Source of the DNA: Nymphaea colorata
Taxonomy: Eukaryota
Length of the DNA stretch: 64,000 nucleotides
Assembly: GCF_008831285.2 (NCBI RefSeq)
Contig: NC_045138.2
Coordinates: 41,044,001-41,108,000, forward strand
Direction of reading: 5' to 3'
Shown here: positions 38,075 to 51,537 of the stretch, one piece after another
Layout: every line of letters starts with the position of its first letter
Numbering within the stretch: position 1 is the stretch's first letter
Translations under genes and position numbers: made by a program
Notes under the pieces: generated by a model
Databases searched by the model: none
The model's input: only the letters and a program-made list of their open reading frames with translations
What the model was told of the DNA's origin: nothing

Positions 38075-38454
38075 GAGATTTATAATCGGATTTAGTGTAA
38101 TGACATCCGACCGGATTCAAATTTGGTTTTAAATAAATATAAGATTGGATTCAGATTCAATTTTAGTTTTAAATAAATATCATATATCCAATATTTGAAA
38201 GGTCGCTCTTGACATATCATAATGCAGTTTGTGATTCCATTATGTATTTTAAAGCTGGATTCGGATTCTAATGCAAATCTGAAAGTCGGATTCTGATCAA
38301 ATTCAAATTGTGAATTTAAAAATCAGATTTGGATAGGGGATTGGGTTTCCTCATTCATACTCAAATCTTAATTTCAATATGAATATGTGAACATCTGATA
38401 CTCGGACATAGTACATAGATCATTCAATTTCAATCTGATCCGTTCACATCCCTA
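38075..38454. mobile_element. hAT-type MITE, family A (left end missing)
   Basis: Right TIR gatccgttcacatcccta; internal GGATTC/TCAGAT repeats. Confidence 0.6.
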
Positions 38455-40084
38455 CTGATTAGGTGTCCATCTTTTCTTCATCAAAGGTACTTGTATCATT
38501 TCAACCCCATCTAATGCATACTTCCATGTTTGGAATCGTGGCAAAAAGAGTCGAAACGAGTGCGAATCGATCAAAGGAAGGCGACACTGTCCCTGTCAGG
38601 CTTCACCGCCGACCGAGCTCTGTTGCTGGTGACTTTTCTGGCGATCGGACCGTTGGATCGTATCCATTCCGGTGCCATTCGCTCCGCAACATCCTCGCGC
38701 TTCTCTCCACCAAAACTGAGGATGATCGGACCATGGACGGAGAATCTGGATGCAACGATCGAAACCTGGCGACTTCCGGATCGAACATATTGCATAAAGC
38801 CTGATTTTTTTTCTCTCTCTTTTTTCAAAGCGAGTGCCCAAGGATTGTCCGTCTCCCTCACCCCTGGGTTCATAGAGCTAGCTCGGGACCTTTTATGGTC
38901 CAGAAAAATAATACACTGAGTCGTGACAATGATCAGAGTTTCCTAACGCAAACCCCTTCATAGTAAACCACTTTTCCACCCTACACACCTGCATAAAGTG
39001 TGAAACTTGGTGACTAAAAATTTCAAAGTTTTGTTTGTAAATTTTGTTGAATTAGCTAAAGCATGGTTTGTAAAAGAATAAATGATAAAACAAACATGAA
39101 AGTGTTTGGGTTGAATTTGGGAGATATTTGACATGGGAGGCCGAGGTCCACCACTTACCCGACATAACCAATAATTTGGTCAGATGTTTCTTGATCAGAT
39201 CCAGACTTGTATTCAGGCTTGAATTTCTAGAATTGGATACGGATCTGACAGAAGCAAGGTCTGAACATTACGCATGATTGGGTCGGATCCATATCTCTGA
39301 TTTGGATTTGAATTCCCGTTCAGCCAACAAAAGTAGTTACAAAACTGCTTAACGCTCTGTGCCTTACCATATGGATCTGGTTTCTGGTCGGTAATTAACA
39401 AATCAGAACAGGCTATATTTTTACGCCCCTAACCAAGACTAGAATGACACAGATACCTTCGATGTTAAATCAGAAGAGGCCCCCTCTGTAAGGGCAGAAA
39501 AGGAATTCAAAAATGAATATTTGGTTGCATAGATAACTAGTAGGTTTGAACAATCATAAAACACCTGCATTAATTTTATAAAATAATTCACACATATACT
39601 AAAAAAGAAAAAAGTTGAAATAGACTTAGAAAGACTGTTAAAGGTTTTTACAGATATTTGTAATTTACGCTTTTTAGTAAATTTTTCTATAATTTCATAT
39701 CTCTCTTTTCCTTTATTCTCGTCGTTTGTTTCTACGATTACATTGTAAATTATATAAAGTAAAATTATAAAAAGTTTGGCCAAAAGGCTATAAATTGTCA
39801 AATTCTCTTTAATTAAAGTACCCTTTTAGTTAAGATAATCTTAAATAATTTTCACTCATGTGAATTTATAAGTTAGATTATGAATTTAAGCACTTATTTG
39901 AAAAATCAATTTCTAGCTCCCTCAAAATATTTTTTGCAAGAAAAGGTGGATACCTACGTCTCCATGCATCCGAATAACAGTGAGCTTAGGAGTTTTCTCC
40001 CGAATTACGGAAAAATTTTCGAGCACATCAAACACGAACAACCTTGTCCTCAATCCAGAGTGGGTTCTGAAAAAGTTTCGTGGA

Positions 40085-40220
40085 AAAAAGGCCCGACCCA
40101 GAGAGAGGGGCCCGACATTTTCCGACGGACATTTCTTCCGCCCGTCTCAAACGTCCTCTTCGTGCGTTCGCTGATCGAGGATCGTCTTCAGCTGCGCTCG
40201 TCTTCTTCAGTATCGGTAAG
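40085..40220 (+). promoter_or_regulatory. Putative promoter and non-coding first exon of the mL41 gene
   Basis: GGCCC site-II-like motifs at ~40090 and ~40109 (typical of ribosomal/mitochondrial gene promoters), a pyrimidine-rich leader, and a strong donor CG|GTAAGT at 40216 followed by a CT tract. Confidence 0.5.
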
Positions 40221-40329
40221 TAGCCCTCTCTCTCTTTCTCGCGTCGGCCACCATCCCCTGGTCGACGCAAGCATGGTAAAATCTGCTTCCTTTTCTTTTA
40301 TCTTTTTAAGTCTCTTTCTCTCTGTTACT

Positions 40330-41010
40330 CTCTCTCATTGGCCAACAAGCATGGTAAATTGCTGTTTCTTTTTTGGCTATTGAAGAAGCAAGCAGATGTA
40401 CTGAAACTTGGGTTTGCTTCTGATTTATACGTCGGGAATTGCCCGACTAGCTTCTGTGCGTCATTCCATTCCCTTAACACTGCCAAACAAATGTTTGGTG
40501 AAATGCGTGAGAGAGATCTGGTACTCGATTATTTTACGTGTCGGTGAAGTCGTGATTGCACATCAATTGTTCAATGAAATTCCTATGCGATGGAATATGA
40601 TTTCTTGGACTGCACTAATAGGTGGATATGGTCAAGCTGCGAGACCGGTTGAAATGGTGCATTTGTTTGTTCGTAGACGATGTTAATCTAATTCAGCAAC
40701 TATATTGTGTCTTGTATCAGCATGTTCAAACATTTGCAACTCTGAATGGGGCAAGTTGATTTGTGCTTTCGTTGATGTTAACAAAGTTCCTTCAGATATA
40801 ACATTTAGTACTGCTTTTTTGGGTCCTATGCTGAATGGGGTATGATCGTAAAGCGCAGAAAATACTTGATTCCATGCTAGGAAAAAAAATGATATCCTGG
40901 AATGCAATGATTGCTTGTTACGTACAGTCCATGATGCCAAATGAAGATATTCAATTATTTTATCAGGTGTATAAGGAAGGAACCAAACCAAATGAGATTA
41001 ATATGATCTC
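40330..41010 (+). pseudogene. Degenerate PLS-class pentatricopeptide repeat (PPR) gene fragment
   Basis: Frameshifted, stop-interrupted PPR motifs across several frames: VLKLGFASDLYVGN, AKQMFGEMRERDLV, AHQLFNEIPMRWNMISWTALIGGYGQ, NSATILCLVSACSNI, AQKILDSMLGKKMISWNAMIACYVQ and GTKPNEINMISL. Confidence 0.85.
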
Positions 41011-41149
41011 TCTTTCTCTCGCACAAGGAAAGGAGGACAGGGAGGGGAAGGTCGGAGTTCAAGAGGACAGAGAACAAGATAAACAGATAGGTTATTTGTT
41101 CAAAGAGAAGGAATGACCTACCGTAGAAGGCATATGAGTTTTTTGTACT

Positions 41150-42260
41150 CTGCGATGCCAGGTCGCCCTTACCATCTTATCCAATAGAGGCAAGCTCCAC
41201 GAGTTCTACAACAGCCCTAGGATTTACTATGTTTTCTGGGCTTTTGTCATCGTTGGTCTTCTTGGGTTAAGGAACTCATCTGCAATGCTCAAAGTATAGC
41301 CACTATTAATGGCCAACGTGAAGAATTTTTTCACAATTAGTGTGGCTTTCATCAAGGTTGTCCTTTCTCCTCACTCTCATTCAACATCGCCCTTGAGGAT
41401 TGGCATTATGATTCTGTCAGGCCATTTCCATGGTATTTTTTGTTTACCAGCCTTCAATGGGCTAACCAGTTTTCTTCTCCAGTATGCTGATGATGTACAC
41501 ATCTTCTACAAGGCCATTTTCCACCGAATGGCATAAGTTTACCTCCTTCTACAAGCCTTCTCCTTGGTTTCTAGGCTTCGGATAAGCCCAAGTAAATATT
41601 GTCTAACCTTTTTCAATACTTACCTTACCACAAAAGAGATGGCCTCTGCAGTATTCAATGCCTACTTGCAGACCTGCCTCTCTGATGTTTAGGTCTGGCA
41701 CTTCAATAACTGCTGCCATGGAATACTGTATGATACCTGGTCATAGAAAAGATGAAAAAAAGTCATAATCATGGTGCTCTACTTGTCTTTCTTTCTCTGG
41801 GAGAAATATCCTTGTCAAGTATGTTCTTGCTGGCATAAATATGCACCTGATTGTTGTCTTACCTATGCACTCATTGTTCCAATATGAAATCAATAGGATT
41901 GTAAGGAGACTTCTGTAGTCAAGCACTAAGGAATCCCATGAAAGGCCATATGTGGGTCCGTTATCATCTCAGATATCTGGCTTGCAGTGTGTTGGACATC
42001 TCACACCTATGGTTCATGGGATTCGCCTTCATGCTCAAGCAGTTTGCAGCATTACCCAACTCGGATAACTGCTGTGCAATCTATCTCCATGCTAAGTATG
42101 GCCTACACACAGGGGACAAAAATATCCCACTTTCGTTCAAGTGGTTATGGCTGCTGCCACAGCTGCATGAATCCTTCATCAGAGTTTTGCAAGCAACTCA
42201 ATTCGCCTCCTCTCCTCATATTCAAGTATAGCAGGTATACTGGACTCTTTTCCCTCTAGA
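41150..42260 (+). mobile_element. Degenerate L1-type LINE ORF2 reverse-transcriptase remnant
   Basis: Conceptual translation with stops and frameshifts gives GFCHRWSSWVKELIC...INGQ, GFHQGCP (GLRQGxPLSP-like), LLQYADDVHIF (catalytic YADD) and WCSTCLSFSGRNILVKYVLAG (LSxxGRxxLxKxVL-like). Boundaries are approximate. Confidence 0.85.
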
Positions 42261-42742
42261 CACCAACTAGATTAAGCCAAAGTGAATCTAAAGTTCTAAC
42301 TCACGACAATCTCAAGCTCTGAGGAATCTGTATGGCCAGTGTCTGGGCCTTACGTGACACCAATGAAGAATTTGTTTGCAACTTGGATTTGGGATTTTTT
42401 TTGCTTGCTCAGTTGTTGAAGATGTCATCTTCAATGCTGGCTGATTAAATCTGAGACCCAAAAGTTTAGATAGTTTATTTAATCTGTCTGGTTGCAATAT
42501 ATAAACACATTGGCTCAAATTGTTTTGTTTTGCAGTTATGATGCTAAAAATTTATTCTCTAGTAGTATTCATGCACTATTTCTGATTGTGATGAATACAA
42601 GCATTTCAACATCCTATTGTCTGTACTGTCATTAATTTTCTTATATTTGTTTATGATGCTAAGGATCTCGAATCTCATGCCTAGTCTTTCTGCTTTTTTC
42701 CCAGTGTGGAAGTATCCGTGCATAGCTCAGTCAAGGAAAGCA

Positions 42743-42885
42743 ATGGCTTTGGGGATCCTTATGGGTATCTGTCGAGCAATGAGAAGAAAGCGTAGCTCTA
42801 CACTTAATATCTTATCTTCTAAAAGAGGACCTCGTGATTATTATAAGGGGAAAAATTGCAAATCCACTGGTTTCCACACACGGAA

Positions 42886-42927
<42 letters not shown>

Positions 42928-44583
42928 CCCTCCCCCGCCCCCCTTCCTAATGGATCACTTTGTGCAGGTGGATATGTTGTGATGGATGAAAAGTTGCCCC
43001 ATTATGTTGTTCCTGACTTGACCAATTTCAAGGTTTGTGTTCTCTGCAATTTTAACTTTTCACTTTGTTCTCCAAGTATTGCAGATCATGGAAGCTGGTG
43101 AAAAAAAGTAAATGCTCTACAGTGTAGATTGTGTGGCTCTATTGTCATGAACTTAGAGAAATTTTCTTGTTTCTTTTGAGTGCCAGGTGATCCAATGATT
43201 CTATTTTTTACACTTTCGTCCATATAGATAAATTCCAAGGTAGAACACCTTTTATGGATGTAGAGATCATAGAAAAAAAAAACTTCTGAATAATCTGTGT
43301 GATGCATAAACTTTGCATAGATTTTCATAATTCGTACATCGTCTACTTCCTTTTTCCATCACAAATTCATGTTATAACTAAAGGAATAACACAGAATTTC
43401 TCAACAAACAACGCTGAAGCAAATAATTGATGACAAGAAAACACCTGCTATAAGAGATGGAATTTGTAGCTTATGAATCACATACAGTTTATGAAGAATG
43501 TACTCAACTGTAATTTGCTTTTTTGGTTACAAAGAAATAGACCTTAATGGAGTTGGCAGAATTTTCAAACATACGAGGCAACTTATGCAAGAGCTGTCCT
43601 AAACTGTATAGAGTGCTTGACTGAATTTGTGCACACTGCTTTATGCTTTCTGAGAGATCAATGTGTTTGAGAAACGTGTGGTATACTGTTTATCATTAGT
43701 ATGTCCTGCTGGCATAAGACGGCTAAAAGGGCCCAAAAACAAACAGTAGGTATTCAGCCAATAATGTATCTGTGTACTTCTGCAAGCCAAGTCCGTCAAG
43801 ATGATAGTAATTCACAGTGAATTTGGTTTGGCCGAGTAAGATTCTACTAGTACATACATAAACCAACTGTATTAATTGAGATTCTCGGGTTAGTGAAATA
43901 TGACTGGGAGTGTAACCAATGTATAAAATTATAAATTATCCATCCAAAATCTGACAAGAGCTGAGGACACGGCGTACACAGTATGGGTTTGTAGGTATGG
44001 CTATGGTTCACCTTTTGCTGTCCTTGGACAATCTACCGAATGGTGCAATTTGCATATGCACATGGACTATGGGGTATTAATGTAGTCCAGATGTGAATGT
44101 AATCTGACTTTTGAAATGGGAGCAGGCTGTTACTGTCGGGCAGGCAGTCATGGTTCAACAACTCGGCAACTTCCTCAGGTGGTTCAAGTTGGAGCAAGGT
44201 TTATCTCTTGGGGATGGTCAGGCCAGTTTTCCCTTCGACTCAGATTAGAAGAAAATCTAATCTTAGTCAAACTCCCAACTTCACTTAATAACCTAAACCT
44301 GCAACAGTTGTGATGGAGAGCTCTGGGTCGAATTCCATTTTTGTGGCCTGCACATGCCATTAGGTCATACTACGCATGGCTGTTGCTGTTTTGCCATTTT
44401 TTCAATCTTAGTAACATGTGGTGGTGACTAAAGTTTGGTGAGCTCTTGTTTGGTTCTTTCATCTGTATCATCTTTCTACCAATTTAAATTTAATGGACAC
44501 TCGTGTTTCTACAGCTTAAACCTTATGTGGCTCAGTGCTCCAGAGATGCAACTAGCTCCGAGACGACTGCTGCAACCAAATAG
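42743..44583 (+). CDS. MRPL41: Mitochondrial large-subunit ribosomal protein mL41 (MRPL41 / yeast MrpL27 family), 92 aa, 3 coding exons
   Basis: Exons 42743-42887, 42968-43032 and 44515-44583, all GT-AG and in frame (279 nt). Protein: MALGILMGICRAMRRKRSSTLNILSSKRGPRDYYKGKNCKSTGFHTRKGGYVVMDEKLPHYVVPDLTNFKLKPYVAQCSRDATSSETTAATK. It carries the family signatures KRGPRDYYKG and YVVPDL..FKLKPYV. Confidence 0.93.
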
Positions 44584-45688
44584 GTTCACGAATAGCATGT
44601 TTTTGAGCAATGGCGAGGTGGACATTAACAAGCTGGGAGATTGTAGCTGGCTGATTAATAATTCTGCTACTTTTTACCATGTAATTTCTGCATCTTTTTC
44701 TGTAGGACTTGGTCAAAGGTTATGTTTTTGATGGGTTCATGTACTATACCAAGCAAGAAATTGTTCTGTTCTCTTTAGTGTTTTTTTTTTTTTTTTTTGC
44801 CTGGTCGTCCTGAAGGCTTGAATCCATAACCTGCCATTTATGAGGCATGGTTTGTTCTGTTATTAAGCTTCCTTTCCCATGTCCGCCCTACCGGTTCCCG
44901 AACCAAAAACGTTTTAAACCACCAGAACGCCAGGGGACAACCGCTAAAAGGAAAAGAAGTTATGCTCCTTGTCGTTCTGATGTCCTTGTGCAAGGTTGGT
45001 TTGTTCTATGGACCAGCTAAGACCGAACCTGGTCAATAAGAGATCAATATATAATTCTATTGTGAACACATCAAGTGAACGAATCGAGCGGGAAGCAGGT
45101 CAGGTCTTGTCATTGTCTTTAACTTGGAACAAGTCTGATGCAGAGTATGATAAACTTTTGTAATTTTAGTGTTCTTTCCATTGTGTGGAGTTTGTTAAAA
45201 CCTTATTTACAATGTATCTTGGTTACCTAATCACCTTTTATAGGGCTATTTGTAATTGTTCAGGCTTACTCTAGGCGGCTGGACCCCAGTGTGCCTGCTA
45301 GAGAACCATACAGAGTTAAACCTACTTGGTGTCCAAGCCAACACACTGACTTCGATGAAATGTTCTGTCCACCAGACCATCAGCAAAAGATCAATGGAGA
45401 AGGTAGAAATTGGGCTATACAATCTATGCACATTGCGATGGCCAAAACTGGACCGGGTTTAGCAGATATTGGAATTTCCCTGGCACTTCCATGGAAGTTT
45501 TCTAACCAAATTGCGTGCTGGCTGAAACAGGTTAAGTGTAGATCAAAACTCTGTACGAACTGTTGGTTGTGAAAGAAAATGGGCACAAATAATTGAAAAT
45601 TCAAAAAAATAGCTAGCTAGAATGAATTACAGAGCCATCTTTTCTCTGGATGGCCGTAGGAGAATAACCAAATAGCAATAATGTATAT

Positions 45689-47012
45689 TCAAGAAATTGC
45701 CCAAAATTTCTTTCTGCATATGAGTACATCTTCTTTGTTGCCATTTTCGTCCAGCAGAACATGTGATTCAGCATCCCAAAAGAACTTTGTAGCTAGACTT
45801 TTGACCCTTGACACAAGGATGCTTTCATCTCTGATGACAATGATGCCCTGCAAAAGGAGGTCATCATGTGACAGCTATTTTCTGACACCAAATTCCTCAA
45901 AACAGGATGGATGGCTTAAATGATGCAAAGAACTTCAGGTATCTTCCATTTCACAGGAAAGAGCACATAGAGTGAGAAAATATCAAAGAATATGCAGAAT
46001 GCAACAGTTGACCACACAAGGACGCTCTCTGCAGAGTCAGGGACATGGACAAGTACCGAATATGTAGGATAATAGCAGGACTCCAAGTGTCTTTCAACAT
46101 TTTTCTTGTATTTTAAGGGTTTTAACCTAATCATGTCTCATTAGATGGCTATTTAGCAAAAGCATGTTGCAGATTGTAAACTATGGTGTGCAGGCAGATT
46201 AAGGGTTTTAAACACCAAAGTTTTTGTTGAACATGGTTTGCTTTGATTAAAACATGGTTTGCTTTGATTGAAACAAGCAGAAAATATATGTAAGTCAAGT
46301 AATTCAAAATAGACAACAATCCAAGCGGCTCATTTACCTGAGGTCGGATAATCCTATCCATCTCAAGCATAAGATCTTCCATCAGACAACCTTCACCTCG
46401 GCTCTTATAATGTGAGAAAAGGTGAGAAGCATGCAACAAATCATACGTTCTTGGGTATGTGGAAAAAGGCTCACACCTGAGGTACCAATAAATTGGAAAG
46501 CAGATAAGTTCATTGTGTAAAAGTAAAAAGGAAAGAAGATAATGATGCAGGACTCCTCACCAATCGTGGAAGGAACCAATCAGTCCACGGTCATATATTG
46601 CAGCTAGTGTGTTGTTCATACTGGCAGGAACTACATTCATAACCCATAGAGGTCGTTTACTTAAAGCAACTGCAAATCCACCACAGTAAGCATTCATGTC
46701 CATGACATTCCTTATTTCTGTGAAGTTGATCCCCATCAGCTGCTCATACTGGGCTACTTGTTCTTGCCAAAACATGGTATTCAATCTAAACATGTCTGAA
46801 GTAATGCCTGCAGAGACAGAAGGACCAGAATGCTTTAAGAAGAAAAAGAAAAAGTAGAATATTAGCAGAAGGAAACCAACAGAAAGAAGTAGCTTTTCAC
46901 AAATATTTATGGTATAATAAAGCCCAAAGATTTCTCCTTAAGCTATCATGTTAGCTTCGACGTACTGGCACTACTCCACAGAATAAAGACTAATCTTACC
47001 AGTGAAATGCAT

Positions 47013-47073
<61 letters not shown>

Positions 47074-50000
47074 GTGTGTGTGTGTGTGTGTGCATATGTG
47101 TAAATTAAGTTGGAGAATAGTCCTTGATACGTGTTGGCACCATGCTGGAGGATAGTCCTTGGTCATATTGAACCAGCCTAACATCTCACTCCTTAAATCC
47201 CAAGACAATTGAAGATTAGAGGGCCAAGGAATTCGATGACCAGATGAACAACCACAACGTAGTTAAAATAGCCATGATGAATGCACATATACACATGCAT
47301 TTGTATGAGCAAAATACTTCCTACAACACTAGGATTCTAAAGTGGACATCATTCACAATCTGAAACAAGCTATAAATAAATTTAGAAGAATTATGCGAGG
47401 TGATTCCATAATTTTCTCAACTTATACGAACATGAAAAAAGTGCAGACCTGTTGTCTCCAAACTCCTAGAATATAACAAAAGACGTTCTGGTCCTGGAGG
47501 GAGCTTGTTAATGTCTTCAGCTCTTGGACTAAGATTAACGCAATCTTTTATTGGTGCTTGCCAAGATGGACTAGTGTCATCCTTTGAAGTGCATAAATTC
47601 AAAGTTTTCTCCTTTGCATGTTCTAGCTGACATGACTGATTTGCTTCTTTGATCCAAATAGCAGTTTGCACCTGCTGAGCTATAAGTTTCCAACATAGCG
47701 CTGTTGTCAGGTAGACCAGCTTCTCCCATACCACTGGGAAATCCTTATCCTTCCTGTAAGCAGGGGGAGCTGAGTAAACGAAGTAGCCATTAGGTCGCAG
47801 GAGTCTGTCAACTTCTTTGAGTAGAATACCATCTGCATGAGTTATCGAAAATAAATTACCAAGATCCCAAAACAAAAGGAACTACAGCCAAATAATGTCA
47901 CAATGTAGACAAATATCAGATCGATTGACTTTGATCTTGTTGTCAAAGACATGTAAGAGGGTCACATTCCATCAGCAAGATGAAACCAGAGAACAATGAA
48001 GGGGATATATTTATTGACATCAAAATTCACATGTTTCACAATAAAATTTGAAGCCATTTATTCCGCTATAAGGAAAAGGAGAAGCAATCACTTATATATT
48101 GAGAGATATAATCCTTTTAAGCAAAGCAACCAAGTTCAACATGTCAAATTACTGTCATCAGCAGGGAAAGAGTGAGCAATGTTTTGGATCACAATCATGG
48201 GTATGCTTGATTCCTTACCATTCTCATGCCAATCGACACGACAACGGGAACAGTGAACCATTTCAAAAGAATTGCTTGGAAAAGGAAGTTGTTTTGTGGC
48301 CAGTGCGGCAACCATAGCACCAATTCCTCGTTCTAGAGCAAATTGTATCTGATTCTCATGGCCATCTTTGGGTGCAAATGACATTGTTTGTATACCCATT
48401 GGAAGCAAGAAGGCCGAAAAGCTTGCAACACCGCATCCAACATCCAGGACTTGGAATACTCCAGCATCTCGCAGATCACCTTTCTCATGGGTAGTCATGT
48501 TTCCTAATCTGCAATCATTGTAACCAACAGAAAAATGCTAATGAAGTCAAAATAAGAACTTTCAAGTTCATCCCACCAGAATTGAATAACAAAAGGAATG
48601 GCTGCAGTAATACCCCAACACAAAAGGGAAAGAACATCTTAAGGTAATAACTCTTTTATCAATGTTAACATAACTTCATTTTCCTTCCTATATTTCTGCT
48701 AAACAATAATACGAAACACATTCATGCATAACATAACCATCATTGTGGAAGTTATATAAATGTAGTATGGATGTTTCTTCACGTGAAGTCCATATTGGAA
48801 ACTGTGGAGGCTGAAAAAATAGGATTTTCCAATTAGAAATCAGAACTCTTGAAGTTATAGGATTGTCCAGTTAGAAACCTTGGATTGCAGCCCAAAAGAG
48901 CAAAAAAAAAAAGTGGAACATACCAATAACTGCAAACTCAATTTAGGAGATTAGTACAAGTGTCTGATTCATAGCTCTTGAGGTACTTTTATGATAAATG
49001 TTTCTATGGAAGGCAAAAGATATACTGACCTCTGGATATACTCTGGAGCACCATGCTTAAAATGTGTGCCACCCCCAGGGAACCACCATAAGTTTCCTTT
49101 CTCATGGACCCAATTTTGTCCACCTTTGACCTCAGCAAGATGTGAATGATTTACATTGCTACGCCAAATATAATCTCTACTGATCGGCCACCTTAATGGG
49201 ATTTTGTAATCCTTAGGAGGAGGGATCAAACAAAATAATCGCTTTCCTAGAGGAGGACAATGTCTTTCAAGTTCCTCCTTCCTTGTTAAATTTAATTTTG
49301 GCAGCAGAGTTCCAATAAATGACATATCATGACAAGGTATGTACTCATTATAGATCAAAGGGCATACGTTCATCCCAGCTTCTGGAATCATAACTGGAGT
49401 TTCTCTAAATGAGAGAGCAACTTTGTTGTAAAACTTGAGACCTCCTGTGAAATGAACAGCAAAGCAAAGATAATGCATCATTAGGAATAAAATCTTGAAA
49501 AGAATTGTAACATATCCAACAGAATCAGCAAAGATGACACCAACATTTTTGTTGTTAGACTATCAGTCTATCAGCTACTTGTAAATTGTCTATGAAACGC
49601 ATTACGAATGTTCTTAGGAAATGACCATAAAATTCAATAGAATCAATACATCAGTGTAGTCTGTACGCATTCCAGAACATCTAAGAGTTGAATAAACTTC
49701 AAGAAGCATTTTTTGCACACAAGAATGACGACATTGGGGGTTCTAAATCCCCGACCTTGACAAGTAAAGATTACAGTAGAAGCAGTCACATGTCTTCGAA
49801 TTTCAATAGCTTATATATGATCCTTGTTGTTGTGAATAAATTAACGAAAACAGAACTTAGAGCACATTCATGCCTTCTAACATATCCAAAATGAATAAGA
49901 TGGCTGACCTTTGAGCAAAATTACAAACTGATGAACATTTGACCTACAACTAAAATTCTCCCTGGTTAAAATATGCATCATAAAGCTTCAAACCACAATT

Positions 50001-51092
50001 CGACTAGTACATTTTGGTTTAAAAGAAAACACCAAATTTGAGAAAAGTTCATATGAATTTAACCCCTAATTTCAATTACTTTTAACAAATCAGAAGTCCA
50101 AATTCATCACAGGCATCTGTTCAGAAAGGGTATCTATCTAAACTACGGACCAAATGAATCAACAAAAGCTACTGAAATTCTCCTCGCACATTATTGACCT
50201 TAAATTATCATGACTATATGAAAAAAAGAAGTAAAATTGCATGGTCGATGGTACATTACCCAGCAAAAAAGTCACATAGATCTCACCTATAAGGTTCAAC
50301 TTACAACTTAGATGACATGAGAAAACACAAAAGAAAATGTAATTTCTAGACGATTGTTTCACAACTTTAATAGCACCAAAATGTAATCAGTGAATAACGG
50401 GACCTTTATGGACAAGAACTCCAATATTTAACTCAGTGGAACGATTTAGAGCTACGATCGAATGTATCTAATCAGGATATATTCTTTTGAAATGGTGACT
50501 ATGCCCATATAATTCATCTAAACAGTAAGTTGTTCTTTTAGGAAACTTCCAAGTCTTATTATGAAAATGCAGCCTCATCACTGATATTTTTGTGATGCTT
50601 CACAAAGCATGTTAGTACAGCCATTAAAGTCAGAAGAATGGTTTTCCATTGCCACATTGTTCTTGGTGGTGAGGAGATAAATGAACCCCTATCAACTGAG
50701 CAAGTTCACAACACCAATGACCTATCCATGTCATTTACTCATGTAGAAAGTTTAATACCATGAACACTGGATGCCTACATTAAACTAAAAAGAAAAGCAA
50801 GTTATTAAGAAATTATTTCTGTTACTATAATTTTAACAATTCAACGAACAAAACAGCCAGAAAGAGCTTATACTCGGGAATGTTGGCACTATCGCATCTT
50901 TCCAAAGAAAGATCAGGAAAAACTGCACCTCCTGAGTCACATCCCCACGCACATTTCAAGAAAAAGAGAGAACTGTCAAGAAGACAAATTATATCCTTCA
51001 AATTACGGTAAACTAAAGATCTTTATCTTGCCAACCATTTAGAACACGGAAATAACTCATGATAAAAAACAACAGAGAAAAAGAGAGAGAGC

Positions 51093-51127
<35 letters not shown>

Positions 51128-51346
51128 CAACGAACGAATTCAACAGAACACATCTCATTCTCAAGATATTTCGACACCAAGAACGGCATGCATAAGCAAT
51201 GTGACTCAGAAACCCCAGTGCCTCCAATAAAAGATGCCTTCTCCGGGATAGACACCCATATGCGAAACTCAGTTGATTCAATAACCAAATCCACAGCACC
51301 ATATTCCAATTTCCAACCACTCATATTCAATGTGCGTGCGCCCATC

Positions 51347-51388
<42 letters not shown>

Positions 51389-51537
51389 CCAGGGGGTGCG
51401 GAAGGGTCCTCGACGAAGACCAGCTCCTTGTCGCCGAACAGTGTTCCGATGTAGAAAGATGCGACCATCAAGACGAGGGTGGACACGATCATTTTTACCG
51501 ACTTAGAGTCCGCTACCGGCGAGAGGATTCGACTCAT
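45689..51537 (-). CDS. PMT7: Probable SAM-dependent (pectin) methyltransferase PMT7/PMT6-like (Methyltransf_29/DUF248), 593 aa, 7 exons
   Basis: Exons 51537-51390, 49444-49030, 48508-48219, 47832-47449, 46807-46561, 46476-46338 and 45847-45689, all GT-AG and phase-compatible (1782 nt). N-terminal TM anchor followed by [63 protein letters not shown] and a C-terminal CRKKFW. PMT6 versus PMT7 cannot be resolved by eye. Confidence 0.94.

Noticed and set aside
38460..38920. GC-rich patch with several ORFs and GATCGGACCGTTGGATC motifs
   Set aside because: Probably a DNA-transposon terminal fragment. No partner TIR or TSD was found and the ORFs look non-coding.
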